Shown in pieces: positions 45,588-54,162 of a stretch of 55,797 nt of DNA (its first letter is position 1; each line of letters begins with the position of its first letter). The translations under genes were made by a program, and so were the position numbers. The notes below the pieces were generated by a model. It worked only from the letters and a program-made list of their open reading frames with translations. It made no database searches and had not been told where the DNA came from. This DNA is from a virus (taxonomy: Duplodnaviria; Caudoviricetes). The DNA is taken from positions 1 to 55,797 of the IMG/VR virus record IMGVR_UViG_3300020202_000007; one strand, 5' to 3'.

Positions 45588-47374
45588 GCCGGCCTCCGTG
45601 ACATGGCTTTTGCCTGCTGGCCGTTGACCCCGGAAGACTTTCCACCAAGGAGCGACTGGATCATGGTCGCCGAGCGCGATTCCTGCGTTCCGCCAGTGCT
45701 GATGTTCCGCCGCACGGTCTCTCGTGAAGTGACTGGCGACTGCTTCACCGTGTTCTGATCGCCGCCGAGCATCATCGCCGGGTTGGCGAACGTGATGAAC
45801 CGCTTGAACTCCGGCCGGTTCTTGAGTCGCGCGATCTCATCGACGATTGCTTCTGCGTCCAGTGTCGCCCCAGACGCCTGGAACATCGGCCAAAGAGGTG
45901 CAATCTGTTGGAGGGTTTGGAATAACTCCTGAAGTTTCTGCTCGGGAGTCTTGAAGACCATCGAGTAGGGCTCAACGCGGAACTCGTAGTCTTCAAACGC
46001 ACCCACGCGTAGATCAGGCGTCCAGTTCGAGGACACCTGGATTCCACTGTTTCCAACGGGCATCGACGACTGAAGCTCAAGAGTTTGGTCCTCCCACATG
46101 AGGCGTCCGAGATCGAGGATGCAGTCCGAAGCGAACGAGACGACGGACATGCGCATGTCGGCGACGTTTCGCGAAAGCTGGCCGTGGACCAGTTCCTCCT
46201 GCCCCAATGTCGCAGCCTGCGGGCCCAGACCGCCCATCGCTTGCAGGTTCCCGGCGAGGCGGTCGTATTCGTCCTGAATGAACGTCGCCAGCGCCATGTC
46301 ACGCTGGTCGATGCCGCCGACTTCGACCTGATTGACCGCATTGGGATCGTTCATCCGATGCCAGGAATTGCGCGCGGCAGTGCGAATCTTCTCCGCGTCT
46401 TCGGCTCCCGCCGGGTTGTAAACATTGACGATGCGATGCGCGTCAGAATCTTCCTCCATCCGTTTGTGAAGGCGATTCTGCAGATCGTGCATCCCCTTGA
46501 GATTCACTGCCGGCGAGGTGGGGATCACATTGTCAGGAGTGTCGCCCAGCGACAGGAACTTGTACGGCCCCGCCTGCGAGCCGGTCCACTCCCGTTCGAT
46601 GAGCGGCTCCAAGTCCTGGTCGCAGGCCATCGTGACGACCGACTTGTTCTCCGCGATCCAAATGTCCTGAAGCCAGATCATGTCCTTCAGGTCGTCGTCC
46701 TGAGCCTGGCCATGCTCGGAAGCGATGTCACGCACGGCCCCGCTCTGATCGTGATGTTCGCGGCTGGCCGGCTTGAGCTTGTCCTTGACCTTCTTGGAAT
46801 AGCCCGGCTCGTCCATGACCTTCTCGTAATCCGCCCGGTAGCGATGCCCGCAGTAGCGCATCTTCGTGAGCTCTCGGGCGGGCATATCCAGAATCAGATC
46901 GTCGAGCGAAACCCGGTTCAGCCACGGCTCTCCCGGATCGAGCCACACGTCCTCTTCGGATTCCAGGAGCCCGTGAAAGCGAGTGTCGGTGTCGCGCATC
47001 ATCACGACCGCGCAGCCGATGCAGAAGAAAGCGTCGAGCACGATCGCCCGGAACGTCTGGTCCAGTGCCATGTCCGAGATCAGCTTGTTCAGGTTGACCT
47101 CGAAGCGGCGGGAGAACGGCAGGTTCTCAACGCGCGGAGTCGAGACGAGCACTTGCGGGTTGTTCGCGGCCAGCGCCACCGTGTAGATGCGCGCCGTCTG
47201 GTTCATCAGGTTGACGAGCGTTTTATTCCGCGCGCCGCCTTCCGCGTACCACGAACCGACGTAATCGCGGATGAGTTCCTTGCGAACCCGGCGAAACGGC
47301 TCCAGGGCGTCACGCGACGACTTGATCGCCTTGAGCAGCCGGCCGCGCTTCTCGTCGTTTGCTAGATCGAACAT
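45584..47374 (-). CDS. Portal protein
   Basis: About 596 aa between terminase and scaffold; AATLGQEEL motif; probable start MFDL at 47374. Confidence 0.75.
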   Translation of the reverse strand: MFDLANDEKRGRLLKAIKSSRDALEPFRRVRKELIRDYVGSWYAEGGARNKTLVNLMNQTARIYTVALAANNPQVLVSTPRVENLPFSRRFEVNLNKLISDMALDQTFRAIVLDAFFCIGCAVVMMRDTDTRFHGLLESEEDVWLDPGEPWLNRVSLDDLILDMPARELTKMRYCGHRYRADYEKVMDEPGYSKKVKDKLKPASREHHDQSGAVRDIASEHGQAQDDDLKDMIWLQDIWIAENKSVVTMACDQDLEPLIEREWTGSQAGPYKFLSLGDTPDNVIPTSPAVNLKGMHDLQNRLHKRMEEDSDAHRIVNVYNPAGAEDAEKIRTAARNSWHRMNDPNAVNQVEVGGIDQRDMALATFIQDEYDRLAGNLQAMGGLGPQAATLGQEELVHGQLSRNVADMRMSVVSFASDCILDLGRLMWEDQTLELQSSMPVGNSGIQVSSNWTPDLRVGAFEDYEFRVEPYSMVFKTPEQKLQELFQTLQQIAPLWPMFQASGATLDAEAIVDEIARLKNRPEFKRFITFANPAMMLGGDQNTVKQSPVTSRETVRRNISTGGTQESRSATMIQSLLGGKSSGVNGQQAKAMSRRPA

Positions 47375-47382
47375 CGCTCGCC

Positions 47383-47425
47383 AAAAGAAAGAAGGGGCCA
47401 ACGCCGGTCACGGCGCGGCCCCCTC
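47383..47425 (-). terminator. Intrinsic terminator-like hairpin just upstream of the portal
   Basis: Minus strand GAGGGGGCCGCGCCG-TGAC-CGGCGTTGGCCCCTTC followed by TTTCTTTT. Confidence 0.55.
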
Positions 47426-47491
47426 AAAGGCTGCGATGTTGAGGCACCTCAGCGGTAGCTACTCCGCTTATGCCTTTGCTGCCGACGCCGC

Positions 47492-47665
47492 TTAAGCGCC
47501 GGCCCCTTGCTTCCTCGACTTGTTCTCCGTTATTGCGGCGAACGCTCCCTTGACGTGAGCCAGGTTCTGCGCCGCCTGCGAGAATTTCTGAGCGTCGTCC
47601 GCCTTGACATTCGGTCGAATCATCGCCAGCAAATTCTCAATCGCTCTGTCGATCTTTTCGTCCAT
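47492..47665 (-). CDS. Small protein (57 aa, MDEKIDRAIENLL...)
   Basis: Read manually; strong GGAGGT RBS. Confidence 0.7.
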   Translation of the reverse strand: MDEKIDRAIENLLAMIRPNVKADDAQKFSQAAQNLAHVKGAFAAITENKSRKQGAGA

Positions 47666-47687
47666 CGGGTTTTACCTCCGAGTGAAG

Positions 47688-47759
47688 TGGCGGCCACGGG
47701 AGTCAAACCCGCATTCGTCAGGCAATGAACCTGATCGAGGCCCGGCCTCGCCAGCCGCG
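47688..47759 (-). tRNA. Atypical tRNA-like element with a CAT anticodon
   Basis: CGCGGCT GG CGAGG CCGGG CCTCG A TCAGG TTCATTG CCTGA CGAAT GCGGG TTTGACT CCCGT GGCCGCC A folds as a cloverleaf. No encoded CCA, and the T-loop is non-canonical. Confidence 0.6.
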
Positions 47760-49694
47760 TCAATAACACAGCACATCCCGAATCCCAAATTCCGGCCCCG
47801 CAGGGTTCGCCCGAACCCGCTCCTGCTGCTCGCGCCACAGGAAGCTGCCGTATTCAGGAGTTTCCCCCGTTTCTTCGCTCGTGTCAATCTTGCTGGGGGT
47901 GTTGTCCGAAGAATAGACCAGCCAGGCCACGCCCAGAGCGATTACCCGGTCGCCGTGATTCGTCTCCACTGCACCCCGGTTTTTCGTGGGGGCGTGAATG
48001 ATCTTGCCCTTCTCCCACTCGTATTCGTTGCACTCGCGAAGCGCGTCTTCGGAGCGAACCGTCAGGTCGCCGGTCTCCATCGCCAGGGCCAGCTTCTCGA
48101 ACAGATCCGCTTTGTCCTCGTTGCTGCGATTCGACCAGCCGGCCTTGCGGGACTTCCTTCGTGAGCCGATCTCCGGCACTTCGCGATAGAAGACGTTTCC
48201 GTAGCAGATCATCTCCATGATCTCCTTCGCGAAGGGCGCGGCCATGCCGGAATCTTCCCAGCCCAGGTAAGCGTTTCTGAGCCAGAGGCATAAACCAACG
48301 ACCACCCGTGCGAACTTAATCAGCTCCATGCCCTTGATCGCGTATTCACCGACCTGTTCACCCGTGCGGTCGTCAAGGATGCTCGCGACCGAATTGGAGG
48401 CGTACGCCCCGTCCGAACCGGCGGCCATGTCACAGCCAACGGTGAACGGACCCAGCGGGCAGGAGTTGTCGATTCCGGGCTTGAACCATAGCTTCAGCGG
48501 CCCGTCGTCCCTGGTGAGAAGCCCTTTCAGCTTGTAGGTCTCGGAATCGAAGACAGGCTGACCCTGCCAAACCGGCGACTTGACCTTCTCCCGCTTCATT
48601 CGATCGAGCAGGTCGGAAGCGAACACCTTTCCAACGGCGCCGCGGGGATCGCGGTCGAGCTGCGAAGCGATCAGGCGTGGCGTGCTCGTCGGCCGCAGGC
48701 AGCGCATGTCGTACCACGGGCTGCGAACTCGCGCCTCGAACTTGAACCCCTTGCGTTCGAGGCGCGCTTTCAGGTCCGGATTCTCTTGGTGGTAAGCGTC
48801 CACAGCCGGCTGATCGTCCTTGCGAACAGCTTCGGCCTGCCCGTCGCGCACCACATAAGAATTCTTCCCGTGAATCGGATTGTCCTTCCAATCGAGAACC
48901 AGATAGACGCTGCTCTTCGAAGTGTCAGGGTTCTCGCAGGCTTCATGGAAGACTCCGCTATCGACGTAACGGGCCGAGACCATGCGCAAGCAATTCGTGA
49001 CGTCATGGAGGCTCTCTTGAATTGCTTCATCCTTTCCACCGCTGACGAAATCCCGCGCGCCGGCTTCGTCCACCGTGAACACCGTCTTGCGGCCGCCGGT
49101 CCCCGCGTCCTGGCCGGCGGCGTAGCCCACGAGCGAACCGCCGGTCTGCGGATTCAAGAGCGAGTGGTTCGTGTAACTGCGATGCTGTTTCCAGTCGAAG
49201 CCTTTGGGGGCCATCCAGAAGGGCAAGCGATTGAGCGCCCAGTCGAGCTTCCAGAACAACGTGTCGGGGTCGGTCTTGGAGTCGACCAGCGATTCGTTCC
49301 TTGTCACGTAGCCCGCGGAGAACATCGGGTCGCGGAGCCATCTGCGCAGGTCGATCCACAGATAGCCGAACGTCCCGCCTTGGGCGCGGGCCTTGTCCAC
49401 GATCACGTCGATCGACATTTCCTTCCGCTCGGCCTCATCGACGGCCTGGTCGATCTTGACGAAGACGCGCTCCTGGTGGGGCCAGGGGATGAACGGCCTG
49501 ACCTTCACCTTCGCCCGCGGTTCAAACGACCAGCAGGCGAAGGCCATCCAGAACAGCACGTCCTCCATGCACGCCTGATAGATCGCCGCCCGAAACCTCA
49601 GATCAACCAGCGCTCGCTCCCGGCAGCGAATTCGCCACTTCAGGTTCTCGATCTGGTCTTTCGGGTAAAGGTCGTAGTAGGGCGTCATCACCAC
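47760..49694 (-). CDS. terL: Terminase large subunit
   Basis: PFIPWPHQ, VDKARAQGGT (Walker A-like), FTVDEAG (Walker B), VGCDMAAG and HGDRVIALG (RNase H-like nuclease). Confidence 0.88.
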   Translation of the reverse strand: MVMTPYYDLYPKDQIENLKWRIRCRERALVDLRFRAAIYQACMEDVLFWMAFACWSFEPRAKVKVRPFIPWPHQERVFVKIDQAVDEAERKEMSIDVIVDKARAQGGTFGYLWIDLRRWLRDPMFSAGYVTRNESLVDSKTDPDTLFWKLDWALNRLPFWMAPKGFDWKQHRSYTNHSLLNPQTGGSLVGYAAGQDAGTGGRKTVFTVDEAGARDFVSGGKDEAIQESLHDVTNCLRMVSARYVDSGVFHEACENPDTSKSSVYLVLDWKDNPIHGKNSYVVRDGQAEAVRKDDQPAVDAYHQENPDLKARLERKGFKFEARVRSPWYDMRCLRPTSTPRLIASQLDRDPRGAVGKVFASDLLDRMKREKVKSPVWQGQPVFDSETYKLKGLLTRDDGPLKLWFKPGIDNSCPLGPFTVGCDMAAGSDGAYASNSVASILDDRTGEQVGEYAIKGMELIKFARVVVGLCLWLRNAYLGWEDSGMAAPFAKEIMEMICYGNVFYREVPEIGSRRKSRKAGWSNRSNEDKADLFEKLALAMETGDLTVRSEDALRECNEYEWEKGKIIHAPTKNRGAVETNHGDRVIALGVAWLVYSSDNTPSKIDTSEETGETPEYGSFLWREQQERVRANPAGPEFGIRDVLCY

Positions 49695-50305
49695 TCCCGG
49701 CTTCTCATTCGCTCCAGCCGCGCTTTGGGGTTGATCTGCTTGAGATACCTGTCCGTCGTGGCCGCATTGGAATGACCGAGTTGTTCCTGGATTTCTAACA
49801 GCGAAGCCCCTTCCTCGACAAGTTCCGACGCCCCGGTATGCCTGAGACCATGGGCGTGGACCCGCTTGGTGATTCCCGCCTTCTCACCAAGCTTGGGCAG
49901 CTTCTCCCTGATTTGGGCGCTGTCGATCCGGCCGCCCCTCAGTGTGCAGAACAGCGGCTGATGGCCATTGACCCCCAGCTTCGCCCGGGCTTCGAGCCAG
50001 ACTCCGACGACCGCACAGCACTTCGAATCGATTCCCACCGTCCGAAACTTCCCGCCCTTCCCCCCGAGCACCTTTACCGTCCCCGTCTGAAGGTCCACGT
50101 CCGCCGGCTTCAGCTTCAGGGCCTCGCTGATCCTGAGTTGCCCTCTCCAGAGCAGGCAAATGATCGCCCGATCCCGCTTCCCGGTGGGAGCCCGCTTCGA
50201 ACAAGCGTCCATCAGCGACTGAACCTCTTCCTTGGTGAGAACCTCGGGAGGAAGCCGCCGGCCTTTGTTGTGCATGGGAGCGGTGCTGGACATGAGGTTG
50301 CCCAT
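49688..50305 (-). CDS. Short tyrosine recombinase (catalytic domain only, about 200 aa)
   Basis: LRISEAL (R), GKGGK (K), HGLRH, LGH and TDRY form a complete catalytic set. Confidence 0.92.
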   Translation of the reverse strand: MGNLMSSTAPMHNKGRRLPPEVLTKEEVQSLMDACSKRAPTGKRDRAIICLLWRGQLRISEALKLKPADVDLQTGTVKVLGGKGGKFRTVGIDSKCCAVVGVWLEARAKLGVNGHQPLFCTLRGGRIDSAQIREKLPKLGEKAGITKRVHAHGLRHTGASELVEEGASLLEIQEQLGHSNAATTDRYLKQINPKARLERMRSREW

Positions 50306-50498
50306 CTTAACAGGGAAAATGGAGGTGCATGGGGAAGGGATAATCGTGGTGGGCCCCCCGGCGAGCCGGCCCGGTCTGGTTCGATTTCCGGGCGGACACG
50401 ATTTCCCGGCAGACCCACGCTTTTAACCAATAGCGTAAGTCTGTCGCACGCGCAGAGGCCAGTACACCCACGATCTGGCACAAAGCGTAAGTATTTCT

Positions 50499-51380
50499 CT
50501 AAAGCATCTCAGCCAGCAGCGAGCGAATCTCATCGACCTGCATGCGCTCCGCCCTCACTTGCGCCTGCTCGTCCTGTGCTGTGCCTGAGACCTTGGCTGC
50601 GACCTCGACGAACTTGGCATAGCTCCTGATCGACGTCTCGAGCCAGCCGATCGCAGCCCGGGAAGGCGCCGGCTCGTGGGCTCGATCCAGCCGCACCCGC
50701 GTCCCGCCCGCGGCCAGTTCTTCGACGACGTACAGCCGGTTGGCCTGCACCCAGCCGATTTCTGCGGCCAGGCTCGCGTTTGCCGGCAACTCGGGCCAAC
50801 CTGGCGGCAAGTCGCCGAGACCCTGAACCCTGCCGGAATCAGCCACTTGAGAACTGGCAGCCTGTTTGCCTGAGTTTTCGGAGTCGGAAGGCGCAATTTG
50901 CGCCTTTTGGCGGTCTTCCGCAACGGGCGGATAGAGCCGGTCGAGCTCGGAATAGACCCAGCTCATGGCCGCTTCTCGCTCGATGCCCTTCGCCCGGCAT
51001 TCGCGAAACATATCGTCACGTAACTTGTCCAGCCCCAACGACTTCCAGCGACCGTCAGCCTGCAAGCGGCCAAACACCTGCCCGCGAAGCTCCTTCGCGC
51101 GTGCGAGGGCCGTGTCGTCGCCCTGCGGATCAGACCCAGCGGCGACGGGTGCGACGTTCCCCACCTCTTGCTGGCCAAGTTGAGCGGCTGCTGCAGCAGT
51201 GCCCTCCGGTCGCGTGCTCTTATGAGTGCTTGCGTTGGAATCGCTGTGCTGGCTTGGCTTTGGCGGCTGATCTCCGGCGGCTGCCATTCTCGCCTCTGCC
51301 TCTTCAGTGGCGTCTGCCGTGGAATCGGCGTGCTGGGCGGCCCGGGAAGCGGCCTGCTCGTTCTTTCGTCGCTTAGCCAT
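50499..51380 (-). CDS. Hypothetical protein, possible terminase small subunit
   Basis: First gene of the late arm, upstream of terL. No diagnostic motif. Confidence 0.5.
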   Translation of the reverse strand: MAKRRKNEQAASRAAQHADSTADATEEAEARMAAAGDQPPKPSQHSDSNASTHKSTRPEGTAAAAAQLGQQEVGNVAPVAAGSDPQGDDTALARAKELRGQVFGRLQADGRWKSLGLDKLRDDMFRECRAKGIEREAAMSWVYSELDRLYPPVAEDRQKAQIAPSDSENSGKQAASSQVADSGRVQGLGDLPPGWPELPANASLAAEIGWVQANRLYVVEELAAGGTRVRLDRAHEPAPSRAAIGWLETSIRSYAKFVEVAAKVSGTAQDEQAQVRAERMQVDEIRSLLAEML

Positions 51381-51520
51381 GACGACAGTTTACACGCCTT
51401 TGAAGCGTCGGCACGTAGGGCGCACCAGCGGCAGAGGATGCCAGCCCGCTCGTTGCGGGCCGCTGGGGCTGTGGCCGAGGTAGAATATTGGCATAAGGCC
51501 CACCATCGTTGGAGGACGCA

Positions 51521-51706
51521 ATGACGATCGAAGTATTCAACGACAGCGACCAACCGATTAAAGAAGGCACGGTCTGCGAGATCACTGGCGACGTGAAGAC
51601 GCTTGAGGATGGCACGACGCTTCCGATTGTCAGGCCCGTTCAGGTGCCGCATTCGATTTGCTTTCCCGAGGATTTGCCGGCCGCCGCTCGCCCTCGTCTT
51701 GCCTGA
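51521..51706 (+). CDS. Small hypothetical protein
   Basis: GGAGG RBS; TAGAAT at 51481. Confidence 0.6.
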   Translation: MTIEVFNDSDQPIKEGTVCEITGDVKTLEDGTTLPIVRPVQVPHSICFPEDLPAAARPRLA

Positions 51707-51753
51707 TGGGTGTGCGACCACAATCCGTAGCGGCCACTACGCCGTGCGTGAAC

Positions 51754-51782
51754 TTGCAACCACTTCACCCGCGAACTAAATT
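51754..51782 (+). promoter_or_regulatory. sigma70 promoter, probably leaderless transcript
   Basis: TTGCAA-17 nt-TAAATT, 7 nt before ATG 51790. Confidence 0.55.
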
Positions 51783-51789
51783 TGCGGGC

Positions 51790-52083
51790 ATGAGCGCACT
51801 GGTCTATGCCGTGTGGATCGCGTCCGTTTTTGCTAATTTCTACACCATTGAGGTCGCAACCGAGCGATGGGGCTTTCCTGGAAGACTGGGAGCATTTTGC
51901 ATTCTGGCGGCTGGCGGCATGTCTATGGGATTGGGGATGCCGCTGCTTCTGCACCAGATGGGTGTTGATAAGCAACGGATCTGGCTTCCGGGGGTCGTGG
52001 CCGGAATCGTCTTCAATGCGGTGTTCGTTGCGATTGGAGTGCTTCTCTCGCGCGCAAAGACTCGCGCCGGACGGGCCGGATGA
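51790..52083 (+). CDS. Three-TM membrane protein (moron-like)
   Basis: Three hydrophobic segments; has its own promoter. Confidence 0.65.
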   Translation: MSALVYAVWIASVFANFYTIEVATERWGFPGRLGAFCILAAGGMSMGLGMPLLLHQMGVDKQRIWLPGVVAGIVFNAVFVAIGVLLSRAKTRAGRAG

Positions 52084-52104
52084 GCGGCCGCGGGCGCCGA
52101 TGGG

Positions 52105-53028
52105 TCAGGCGGCGCGCGGCGGGTCGGGCTGCGGAACGCGCCAGGGGACAAACAGCTTCGGCGGCGGGGCCGCGGTGAATCGCTTGTCCTCGTAAAACCG
52201 CTCGCTCGTGCTCTCGCTGCTATGGCTCATCAAAGGCGAATGGTGGCCGGTCATCACTTTCGTCCAAGTGTTGTGAGTGACTCGCAGCGATTGTGTTTTG
52301 TGCTTGCGGTCGTTCGGAATCTGCGCGTCCTCAAGAATCGTCCCGTACCGCTTGTAGTACGCGCCAGCCGTTTTCTCCCAGGGGAACACGAGTTCGCGCC
52401 GCGGCTCGTGGATGCGGCGTAGTAGCCACGTCACCTCGTCCCACAGGTGATAGACAGCCGGCTTTCTCTTGCCCTTGCGTACATTCGCCGGAATCGAGAC
52501 GACTCCGCGATCAAGATCCACCCAGTCCCATCGCGTGGCGAGGGTGGCGCCCTTGCGCTCGCTCGTGCAAAAAACGAAGCCGAACAGTGCTGGCCACCAA
52601 TAGCGCGCCGGCACGCCGCAAATCATCCCTGGCCGGCAGTGCGCCGACTCAAAGAGCCGCGTCAGTTGAGATTCGTCTAGCGCGATCGGCTCCGGCTCCG
52701 GCGCCTGCGGCAGCTCCACGGTCGGAAACGCATCGACCATTCGACGGCAAGCGAGGAACCGCCATAGCGTGAGCACGCGGCCAACACGAGACAACGCCGT
52801 TTCAACGCTCCGCGGCTCATCCAGGCTATCGCCTTTCGTGAGCATGTCGCCGAGCCAAAGCGTAACGCAGTCGTCGTTCAAATCGACGAGCTCAGCCGGG
52901 CGGCCAAGGAAGCGGCCAAAGTCATTCAGCGCGTAGCGGTAATGCTCGCGAGTCAGCGGAGAGCGAATTTTCAGGCGGCGCGGGAAGTAAACGCTATTAC
53001 AGATGTCCCAAAGATTTGCAGAAGTCAC
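52105..53028 (-). CDS. Tyrosine integrase with an atypical catalytic box
   Basis: N-terminal core-binding-like domain (SPLTREHYRYAL), SERKGA (R), RKGK, TQSLRVT (QxxR), MSH, ERFY. Confidence 0.8.
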   Translation of the reverse strand: MTSANLWDICNSVYFPRRLKIRSPLTREHYRYALNDFGRFLGRPAELVDLNDDCVTLWLGDMLTKGDSLDEPRSVETALSRVGRVLTLWRFLACRRMVDAFPTVELPQAPEPEPIALDESQLTRLFESAHCRPGMICGVPARYWWPALFGFVFCTSERKGATLATRWDWVDLDRGVVSIPANVRKGKRKPAVYHLWDEVTWLLRRIHEPRRELVFPWEKTAGAYYKRYGTILEDAQIPNDRKHKTQSLRVTHNTWTKVMTGHHSPLMSHSSESTSERFYEDKRFTAAPPPKLFVPWRVPQPDPPRAA

Positions 53029-53335
53029 GGCTATTCAGGTGGTGCATTGTCATTGCTGCGTCCGTGTGACCTCGCCTCGGCGGTCCTTAATCCCTCGTTA
53101 CAACCATACGTCAAACCGGGTCCGGTAGTCGCTGTTATTCCGATTCTGCGCGCTGCCGTAGTTGATTCCCGATGCTAGTGCGCTAGGGGGTAATGAGTGA
53201 AACAGAGTAATTCGGTGTTGCGAAAACGCAACTGTTTTCCTGAGACAACACCACAAAAACGCGGCAGTCGGTTTCGGAAATCGTGATACACGCGGCACTT
53301 CGCCGCTGGTTCGCTTGGTCCCTAGCTGAAAGGCG

Positions 53336-53611
53336 GTGGTAATGGTCCGGTCTGTGTTAGCGCTGCTTGTCGTTGCGCTCTGCTGTGTTGTTGCAGACGC
53401 CCACGGCCCAGTCAGTGTTCGAGGTTATACCCGCTCGAACGGGACTTACGTGGCTCCGCACTACCGCAGTGCTCCAGACAGCAGCTTTTACAACAACTGG
53501 TCCACGCAGGGAAATTTTAATCCCTACACGGGCCGGGCCGGAACTCGAATCGCGCCGAGCTATTCGTCGCCGAGTTACCGATCGTATCGCCCTTCGTACT
53601 ACTCGCCGTAA
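53336..53611 (+). CDS. Small secreted protein (moron-like)
   Basis: Signal peptide, then VRGYTRSNGTYVAPHYRSAPD...NWSTQGNFNPYTG, a widespread conserved motif. Confidence 0.75.
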   Translation: MVMVRSVLALLVVALCCVVADAHGPVSVRGYTRSNGTYVAPHYRSAPDSSFYNNWSTQGNFNPYTGRAGTRIAPSYSSPSYRSYRPSYYSP

Positions 53612-53699
53612 TGGCAGGTAGCACTAGTTTGAAAACACGCGGCGGGGGCCGGTTGGGTGCTACGCAGTCGCATCCTCTCTGACCCGGCTCCCGTCGCAT

Positions 53700-53728
53700 T
53701 TGACAGGGCGTAGCATATCTTTTACGAT
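53700..53728 (+). promoter_or_regulatory. Repressor promoter with operator 1
   Basis: TTGACA-17 nt-TACGAT; operator CGTAGCATATCTTTTACG at 53709-53726. Confidence 0.8.
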
Positions 53729-53734
53729 AGGGGA

Positions 53735-53980
53735 ATGGAAGAGATGGCCCACGCGAACACTGAGTTCTTTCGCAGGAACTTGGCGGCCCTCTGCGCCGAG
53801 CATGGAAGCGTTCAGGCCTTGGCCGACAAAGCAGGCCTCACCCGCGTTTATCTCAGCCGAATCATTCACGGAAGGTCGGTACCGACCATCGACGTGGCGG
53901 CACGAATCGCGGATGCACTAGAAGTCCCGCTGTCTTCGCTACTGGAAAAATCTTCTAGAAAATTTGCCGCGGCGGGCTAA
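53735..53980 (+). CDS. XRE-family HTH repressor (Cro/CI-like)
   Basis: SVQALADKAGLTRVYLSRIIHGRSVPTIDVAARIADALEVPLSSL. Confidence 0.92.
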   Translation: MEEMAHANTEFFRRNLAALCAEHGSVQALADKAGLTRVYLSRIIHGRSVPTIDVAARIADALEVPLSSLLEKSSRKFAAAG

Positions 53981-53986
53981 TACCCC

Positions 53987-54016
53987 TTGACGGCTTCGTA
54001 TCATATCTTTTACGAT
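53987..54016 (+). promoter_or_regulatory. Early promoter with operator 2
   Basis: TTGACG-18 nt-TACGAT; operator CGTATCATATCTTTTACG at 53997-54014 (17/18 identical to operator 1). Confidence 0.8.
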
Positions 54017-54162
54017 TGCCAAAGTTGGTTAGGTGTCAGAGCCGAGCCAACGACGGATTAGGACTGCGACTTCTTTAGCCCCTGCTGCTCTCTGGGCTTG
54101 GTTGTCGCGATTCACGGACAACAGCTCGCCTTCATGGATGGCGGGCAAATGGATTTGCTTCT

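Noticed and set aside
50380-50400. GGTTCGATT T-loop-like sequence as a tRNA fragment or attP
   Set aside because: I could not build a convincing T-stem or acceptor stem around it.
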